Source: a virus. From it: a stretch of DNA of 64,000 nucleotides. Position 1 is the stretch's first letter. Every line of letters begins with the position of its first letter. Below, piece by piece: positions 40,246 to 45,789 of the stretch. The notes under the pieces are model-generated. The model saw nothing but the letters and a program-made list of their open reading frames with translations. It was not told the DNA's origin and made no database searches. The stretch is from positions 1 through 64,000 of the IMG/VR virus record IMGVR_UViG_3300046559_000436, one strand, 5' to 3'. Position numbers and translations under genes: made by a program.

Positions 40246-40551
40246 ATGACCCAGCCCACCGACCCTGTTCAGTCGTTCGTCAAGATCAGCATCGAACAGG
40301 TATATTCAGAGGTGCGAACAATTCACGATGCGTTGCAGCGGATCGAGTCGACACTTGCGTCGATGCGCGATCTTGAGCCACGGATTCGTGATCTGGAAAA
40401 GCTCCGCCTGCAAGAGCAGGTGCCGGACCACGAATCCCGACTTCGGGCGCTAGAGGACCGCCGCATCCCCCATTCCGTGATGACAGTCTTCGCGGGAGTT
40501 GTGGGGACAGCGGCGCTCGTCTGGCAGGGCATCCTGATGCTGATGAAGTAG
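40246..40551 (+). CDS. membrane-anchored coiled-coil lysis-associated protein
   Basis: AGGAG SD; coiled coil plus C-terminal TM after the lysin. Confidence 0.6.
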   Translation: MTQPTDPVQSFVKISIEQVYSEVRTIHDALQRIESTLASMRDLEPRIRDLEKLRLQEQVPDHESRLRALEDRRIPHSVMTVFAGVVGTAALVWQGILMLMK

Positions 40552-40680
40552 GTTCCGATGGGCCTGAACTGGGGGTTCAGGTAAGTTCCGATTACTTCCA
40601 AGTAGTCTGAACCACCTGAACCCCCTATTCGTACCCGGGTGAACCCACACAGAGTCACGGATCATATAAACAAATCCCTC

Positions 40681-40710
40681 TAGACTTGGGGGCAATTGAT
40701 CTGGTATAAT
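40681..40710 (+). promoter_or_regulatory. promoter for a leaderless HTH gene
   Basis: TAGACT-18-TATAAT; ATG at 40717. Confidence 0.6.
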
Positions 40711-40716
40711 TGCTAT

Positions 40717-41019
40717 ATGAACGAGAATATCAACAACACCGAAGAGCGAGTTGCTCTCAACAAGTTCTCAAAGGTGACGGAGTGCCACTTCACCACGGCC
40801 AGCCGCCTCCGTTCCGGTGACCGGATGCCGGGCCCCGAACTCCTGCTGAAGATCGTCAAGAAGTACAACCTCGATCCGATGAAGACGCTGGAGGCGTTCG
40901 GGACCAAGAACCCCGCAGTCTTCGGCCGATTCCTGAGAGAGAACGTCTTCCACATCACGGAGGAGGACCTCGCCAACGACAAGAACGGGTCTGGTTCCCA
41001 CTCGTCCCGAGCGGCCTAA
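40717..41019 (+). CDS. XRE/Cro-like HTH regulator
   Basis: FSKVTECHFTTASRLRSGDRMPGPELLLKI. Confidence 0.65.
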   Translation: MNENINNTEERVALNKFSKVTECHFTTASRLRSGDRMPGPELLLKIVKKYNLDPMKTLEAFGTKNPAVFGRFLRENVFHITEEDLANDKNGSGSHSSRAA

Positions 41020-41156
41020 CAACACAATACGGAGCCAGCCGATGGCGACACTACCCCTTCGCCGAATCGATTAAGCCCCCGACGCCGCTGTGCTGAGGGG
41101 GCTTTCTCGTATCTGTGGACTTGCTTCTAGAGCAAAATGTCTGCTACAATAATCCT

Positions 41157-41351
41157 ATGAGGGGCAAGACACCGTGGTCCAAGGCACTGAAGGAAGCTCT
41201 TGACCGGGGCGAGGTCGTACGAGAGACCGAGACCGATCAGGAGGTTACTTATGAGGCCCGGTTCAGATTCGATCCCACACCCTGGGTTACCGGGGACGGC
41301 CGTCGATTCGATGGCAGTCAATGTTTCGCTTTCCCGAAAGGAATACTCTAA
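41157..41351 (+). CDS. hypothetical protein (leaderless)
   Basis: TTGCTT-18-TACAAT(41145-50), then ATG 41157. Confidence 0.6.
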   Translation: MRGKTPWSKALKEALDRGEVVRETETDQEVTYEARFRFDPTPWVTGDGRRFDGSQCFAFPKGIL

Positions 41352-41890
41352 TGCCTCGTCTCCCCCACGACCACCCCGCGAACGACCTTCCGGCCACCCC
41401 GGACCAGAAGAACTTCATTCTCAAGTACAAGATGGCTCCGGTCTCTGTGGTTCTGCGGCTCACCTACCGAGAAGCCCAGCGGATCATGTCTGGCGGCGGG
41501 GTTCCGGTGGAACCCCCGGTTCCGAACCAGCCCAAGAAGCCGGTTCCGGCGGTTCAGCTGGAGAAGGGTGGGTTGCACTTGATCGGAACCCGGGTGTTCC
41601 GGCTTCACATGGGTGGTTCCGGTCTCCTGTACGCGAAGGTTCTGACGGAACTCGAAATTCCGCGCGTCGCCAGCAACGGAGTTCGGCGATTCCGATGGGA
41701 GTTCGCCAAGGGCGTCATGCGATCGATTCGGCCGGAGAACAGGCTCACCAAGGAACAGGCCGAAGCATTTGGCCGTCGGTTCTCATGCTGCGTCCGCTGC
41801 GGGATCGAGCTGGACCCCAACATCACTGACCGAGACGGCAACCGCCGTTACATCGGTCCCATCTGCGAGAAGAAGATGGGATGGTCATGA
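41351..41890 (+). CDS. DUF6011-like Zn-finger protein
   Basis: A.AFG....CCVRCGIEL...GPIC. Confidence 0.6.
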   Translation: MPRLPHDHPANDLPATPDQKNFILKYKMAPVSVVLRLTYREAQRIMSGGGVPVEPPVPNQPKKPVPAVQLEKGGLHLIGTRVFRLHMGGSGLLYAKVLTELEIPRVASNGVRRFRWEFAKGVMRSIRPENRLTKEQAEAFGRRFSCCVRCGIELDPNITDRDGNRRYIGPICEKKMGWS

Positions 41891-42411
41891 CAAAGCCTCT
41901 CCTACTGCTTGATGTGGACGGGCCGCTGAACCCGTACGCGGCCAAGCCGTCCCGCCGACCCGAGGGTTACGAGACACACCGGCTGGTGCCGACCGGCCAC
42001 AACCCTCGAAAGCCGTTCCGGGTCTGGCTCAATCCGAGCCATGGCCCGTCTCTGCTGGCACTGCCTTTTGACCTGGTCTGGTGCACCACCTGGGAACACG
42101 ACGCCAACCGACTGATCGGACCCAACATCGGGCTACCTGAACTGCCGGTGCTGGAGTTTCCTCCAGCTCTCAAGTTCCGGAACTTCGAGCGGGACGAGGA
42201 TGGCACCTACTGGAAGACGCACACTGTCGTCGAATGGGCGGCCGGGCGACCATTCGCCTGGGTGGACGACGAGATCCGGGCAGCTGATCACGAGTACATC
42301 GCCAACCACCACCGGGGGGCGGCCATGGCGCACCAGATCAACCCAGCCAAGGGGCTTCTGCCCGAAAACTTCGATATCCTGAAAGTGTGGGCCAAGCGCA
42401 ATGGCAATTAA
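41887..42411 (+). CDS. HAD-family phosphatase (Swiss Army Knife RNA repair-like)
   Basis: LLLLDVDGPLN, LVWCTTW, WK, FAWVDD. Confidence 0.85.
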   Translation: MTKPLLLLDVDGPLNPYAAKPSRRPEGYETHRLVPTGHNPRKPFRVWLNPSHGPSLLALPFDLVWCTTWEHDANRLIGPNIGLPELPVLEFPPALKFRNFERDEDGTYWKTHTVVEWAAGRPFAWVDDEIRAADHEYIANHHRGAAMAHQINPAKGLLPENFDILKVWAKRNGN

Positions 42412-42865
42412 CATCGACAGATACACGTACACCCCGACCAGGGAACACGGGATCGTCGGAATTAGCCCAACTCTTGGTGCTCAGTTCGAGGCCGAATGTA
42501 GGTGCGGCAGCAAGATCAAGCCGGGCCCCAATCCCTCAGCTGCCTTCGCCAACGGACGGGTGCACGTGCTGAAGGCCACGGAGGCCCCTCCCGCCGATTC
42601 CGAGGAGCCTTCCGGTACCGAGCGGCCCGCCCCTGCCCCCAGGCCGCAGAGAACCCCGCCCCAGGCCGGGACGAAGCCTCCATGCGCCTGCCTGTGCGGC
42701 GGTACCACCGGCGGGGGCCGCTATCTGCCCGGCCATGACTCCCGCCACCTCAAGAACCTCACGGAGCGCATCAACAAGGGAGAGATGACCTTGTCAGACG
42801 CCATGCTCGTGCTGGAAGCGTCACCCAAGCTGGCCGCCAAGCTGGCCAAGAGGCTGTCTCACTAG
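42401..42865 (+). CDS. hypothetical protein with CxCxCG..GHD motif
   Basis: CACLCGGTTGGGRYLPGHD. Confidence 0.6.
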   Translation: MAINIDRYTYTPTREHGIVGISPTLGAQFEAECRCGSKIKPGPNPSAAFANGRVHVLKATEAPPADSEEPSGTERPAPAPRPQRTPPQAGTKPPCACLCGGTTGGGRYLPGHDSRHLKNLTERINKGEMTLSDAMLVLEASPKLAAKLAKRLSH

Positions 42866-42959
42866 CAAGCTGTCATAGGGCGCTGGTATACTGCTCGTAG
42901 AAATAGCGGGCTGGCCAGCGCCCTAGCTGTGTTCGTGCCCAACGGAGAATTGAGGGAAC

Positions 42960-43931
42960 GTGGCTGCACCGATTACTGTCTCGTGGTCCGAAATCAACAA
43001 CTACCGATCGTGCCCTCACAAGCACGAGCTGGAGTACACCCAGCGCTGGCAGCGGCCCAACAACCCCCACTCGGCCCTCGGTCGGGGAACCTTCGTCCAC
43101 AAGGTGCTTGAGGTCTACTACACCTCGCTCCTGACCGGCAAGGACATCGAGACCGCCTACCGGGACGCCCGTCGCGAGATCGGCGACTACCGTGGGCTGG
43201 GCTTCGACCGTGAGACCTGCGACCTGGTCGAGTGGATTCTTGAGGGGTACCACGAGAAGTGGTCGACCGAGGACTCCCTGAAGTGGAAGGTCGTCGCGGT
43301 CGAACACCGGTTCCAGGTTCCGCTACTGACTGCGGGCGGACGTAAGTCTCGGTTCATCCTCAAGGGCGGCATCGACCTGATCGTCCGGGACCAGCGCGGC
43401 CGATTGATCATCATCGACCACAAGACCTGTGCCGTCCTGCCGGACGATCAGAGCTACGAGATGTCCGACCAGTTCGGCCTGTATCTGTGGGCCATGCGGC
43501 AGCTCGGTCACAAGATCTTCGCGGGCATCCACAACGCGCTCAAGACCAAGCGCAACAAGGGTGACTTCCCTGAGAACGTCGAGATGTGGGAAACTGTGAA
43601 GGCCGAGGGCGGCAAGCCCGGCGCCAGGCCGGTTCCCCAAGAGCTGGATGCACGGTTCGCCCGGACCTGGCTGGCCCGGACCGACCGTGAGCTGACCACC
43701 ATCGCCCTCGAAGCGATGCAGACCGCGCAGAAGATGCACAACGCCAGCCTCCCCAAGGAGCGCAACCCCGACGACATGAAGTGCAAGCGGATGTGCTCCT
43801 TCCGCGACGCGTGTATCATCGGTCGTCGACAGGGGCCGGAGAAGGAACTTCACTTCCTAAAGGAGGTCGGGTTCGTTCAGAACTTCGCTCGCCACCTCGG
43901 AGAGCCCAGCAACCCGAACAGCCTCCTCTAG
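42960..43931 (+). CDS. PD-(D/E)XK RecB/Cas4-like exonuclease
   Basis: SWSEINNYRSCP, GTFVHKVLE, GGIDL, IIDHKT, QFGLY, C..MC.F...C. Confidence 0.85.
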   Translation: MAAPITVSWSEINNYRSCPHKHELEYTQRWQRPNNPHSALGRGTFVHKVLEVYYTSLLTGKDIETAYRDARREIGDYRGLGFDRETCDLVEWILEGYHEKWSTEDSLKWKVVAVEHRFQVPLLTAGGRKSRFILKGGIDLIVRDQRGRLIIIDHKTCAVLPDDQSYEMSDQFGLYLWAMRQLGHKIFAGIHNALKTKRNKGDFPENVEMWETVKAEGGKPGARPVPQELDARFARTWLARTDRELTTIALEAMQTAQKMHNASLPKERNPDDMKCKRMCSFRDACIIGRRQGPEKELHFLKEVGFVQNFARHLGEPSNPNSLL

Positions 43932-43940
43932 GAGTTCAAT

Positions 43941-44108
43941 ATGGACGACCAGAACCTGAACGCCGACTTCGACAAGCTCTCCGAGAGAGTCAGTCTCAAG
44001 CAGCTGGCCGATCAGGGGGTCGAGGCTCTACTGGCCGGACTCGGCAATCGGGTTCTTCCCGACGCCGTCGGCCAGGTCGGAGTGGCGGCCTTCAACTCCT
44101 CGATCTAG
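43941..44108 (+). CDS. hypothetical protein (55 aa)
   Basis: AGGAG SD; MDDQNLNADFDKLSERVSLKQLADQGVEALL... Confidence 0.6.
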   Translation: MDDQNLNADFDKLSERVSLKQLADQGVEALLAGLGNRVLPDAVGQVGVAAFNSSI

Positions 44109-44113
44109 GGGAC

Positions 44114-44143
44114 TTGACTCTAGCACAAGACATGTGCTAGAAT
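44114..44143 (+). promoter_or_regulatory. strong promoter of the RNA operon with an overlapping palindrome
   Basis: TTGACT-18-TAGAAT; CTAGCACA(44120-27)/TGTGCTAG(44133-40) inverted repeat. Confidence 0.75.
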
Positions 44144-44314
44144 GGGATTACTCCGGAGACGGGGCGGGTTCCTTCCCCCCGACTCGTCCCGTCTCACGGA
44201 CAAAAGCTTCCACCTGCACTAAGTACCCAGCTCTTGCGGACGACCTTTCACGGGGAAGGTCGGGGCTACCTGGGAGACGTGGTCAGCGGAAGGGCGGCGG
44301 CCGTAAAACGTGGT

Positions 44315-44386
44315 GTGCTGGAAGTCGTCGGCGGGACGACGCCCCCTAAACCGGGGAGACGGTGGGTTCGAGCCCCACTCAGCATA
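44315..44386 (+). ncRNA. aberrant tRNA-like RNA (loop CTAAACC)
   Basis: Acceptor GTGCTGG/TCAGCAT, D stem GTCG/CGAC, 4-bp CCCC/GGGG anticodon stem, T arm GTGGG-TTCGAGC-CCCAC. Confidence 0.55.
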
Positions 44387-44649
44387 CGAATGGTCACACC
44401 AAGTGCACTTGGCGCATTCGAACACCCCGACATACAGTGACCTCTGGTCGGATCGCGTACTAAACCCGTCCATGCTTACCCTTACGGGTCGGCGGCGTTC
44501 AGGGAGACGGGGTACCGGGATAGAGTGAACGTACTCCCGGGAAGGTGGGCCGGACGTCTGTATGCCGCAGTTTACGGGCACACGGGTAACAGTCAGAATT
44601 GCGAGACTAGAATCCGGGAGCGGGAGGGGTACCCCGCACAACTTAACAA

Positions 44650-44758
44650 GGGCCTGTAGTTTACTTGTCCGAACGAGGGGCGCCCCTCAAGTAGGTCGCA
44701 CTACCGGAAGAACGGCGGCAGAAATCCGCTGGTGCGGGTTCGAATCCCGTCAGGTCCA
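44650..44758 (+). ncRNA. aberrant tRNA-like RNA with Ala identity and a D-loop insertion
   Basis: GGGCCTG/CAGGTCC-A acceptor (G3-U70, A73), TA-GTTT..GAAC D stem with a roughly 40 nt insert, GCGG-CAGAAAT-CCGC, GCGGG-TTCGAAT-CCCGT. Confidence 0.6.
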
Positions 44759-44943
44759 CGTTGTCCAGGTCACCACGGTCGAGGAAACAACCCCTCGGAC
44801 GGATCGAGACGGACAAGCACAGACGATCGTGACCGAGTCTGTGCTCAGCAGAGAAGCGGCGCAGACAAGGGCAGGGCCGCCACGCGGGGAGCGCCTCCGG
44901 AAACGGAGGACACGAGGGATGAGACCCGCATCCAACTTAATAA

Positions 44944-45024
44944 GCCCCTTTGGCGGAATGGCAGACGCGCTGGTCTTAGGAACCAGTGTCTTCGGACGTG
45001 AGAGTTCAAATCTCTCAGGGGGCA
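44944..45024 (+). tRNA. tRNA-Leu(TAG)
   Basis: GCCCCTT/AGGGGGC acceptor, CTGGT-CTTAGGA-ACCAG, long variable arm, GAGAG-TTCAAAT-CTCTC; no encoded CCA. Confidence 0.93.
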
Positions 45025-45159
45025 CGGGACGTACAGAATGTCGGAAGTAACCGGAGTGGAACACGTCGGAGTGCGCACGATGACGTGGAAAGCAAAGGCG
45101 AGGTAAGACAATAGCGCAGAACGCCGGACGGTGTTTGTCTGCCACGTCCACCGATCACT

Positions 45160-45233
45160 GCCCCTTTAGCTCAGTTGGCCAGAGCGGCTGCCTTGTAAGC
45201 AGCGGGTCGCCGGTTCGAATCCGGCAGGGGGCT
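45160..45233 (+). tRNA. tRNA-Thr(TGT)
   Basis: GCCCCTT/AGGGGGC, GCTGC-CTTGTAA-GCAGC, GCCGG-TTCGAAT-CCGGC. Confidence 0.93.
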
Positions 45234-45399
45234 CTAGCCTGGGACCGACGGGTTCCGGGTGAGGTCGCGGGAAGGCCACCCGACGACCATCGGCTGTGCG
45301 TAGGCGCTACTGGGATGCTGCAGACCCAGGGTCGGTCCGAGTCCGGCGGTCGAGCTGAGCTAGGTGAAAGTGACCCCACCCACTTCCTCCGGTGCTCCG

Positions 45400-45440
45400 A
45401 GAAAACCCCTCTGTTGCCTGGAAAGCAGAGGGGTTTTCTT
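45400..45440 (+). terminator. intrinsic terminator of the RNA operon
   Basis: AGAAAACCCCTCTG/CAGAGGGGTTTTCT followed by T. Confidence 0.8.
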
Positions 45441-45506
45441 GTGCTTACGTGTATTCCGCCAGAGAAATAGAGCATGGTACAATTATATATAGAGAGGAGG
45501 ACGCGT

Positions 45507-45716
45507 ATGCTGAACAGACCGGCAATTCGACAGCGCATGTCAGAAATGGGCATCAACCAGGCCACTCTGGCTAAGAAGATGCACGTCAAGGACATGCACG
45601 TGTCACTGTGGCTAAACAACCACAGAGCCCCAGACTTGCCCAACGTCATCAAGATCGCGGATGCGCTTAACTGTAGTCTTGATGACATCGTGATCAGAGT
45701 CAGGAGCGCGGCGTGA
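45507..45716 (+). CDS. XRE-family HTH regulator
   Basis: GAGGAGG SD; GINQATLAKKMHV..VSLWLNNHRAPDL..IADALNCSLDDI. Confidence 0.85.
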   Translation: MLNRPAIRQRMSEMGINQATLAKKMHVKDMHVSLWLNNHRAPDLPNVIKIADALNCSLDDIVIRVRSAA

Positions 45717-45789
45717 CCAACACCCCCGACATGGATGAGGGCTCTGACCGCCCAAGTCAGAGCCCTCGGATGATCACCCAGGAGATGAG

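Larger units (their letters stand above)
44150..45440 (+). ncRNA. ORF-free structured RNA operon (tRNAs, tRNA-like RNAs, structured spacers)
   Basis: Bounded by a promoter and terminator; no SD-led, codon-biased ORF; many long stems. Confidence 0.7.

Noticed and set aside
40552-41110. Lysogeny module / attP
   Set aside because: An HTH gene and repeats are present, but there is no integrase or divergent repressor arrangement in the window.
42960-43931. Cas4-like nuclease as evidence of CRISPR-Cas
   Set aside because: No repeat-spacer array or other cas genes; it is a typical phage recombination exonuclease partnered with the AAA and SSB genes.
44261-44760. tmRNA (GGGGCT start at about 44262 and an Ala-type 3' end at 44758)
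   Set aside because: The 3' acceptor strand pairs locally with 44650-56, giving a 109 nt unit with no room for a tag reading frame; not excluded without an Rfam search.
44134-45470. ORFs called across the RNA operon (e.g. 44562-45050, 45135-45470)
   Set aside because: No SD, no codon bias, and they overlap tRNAs.
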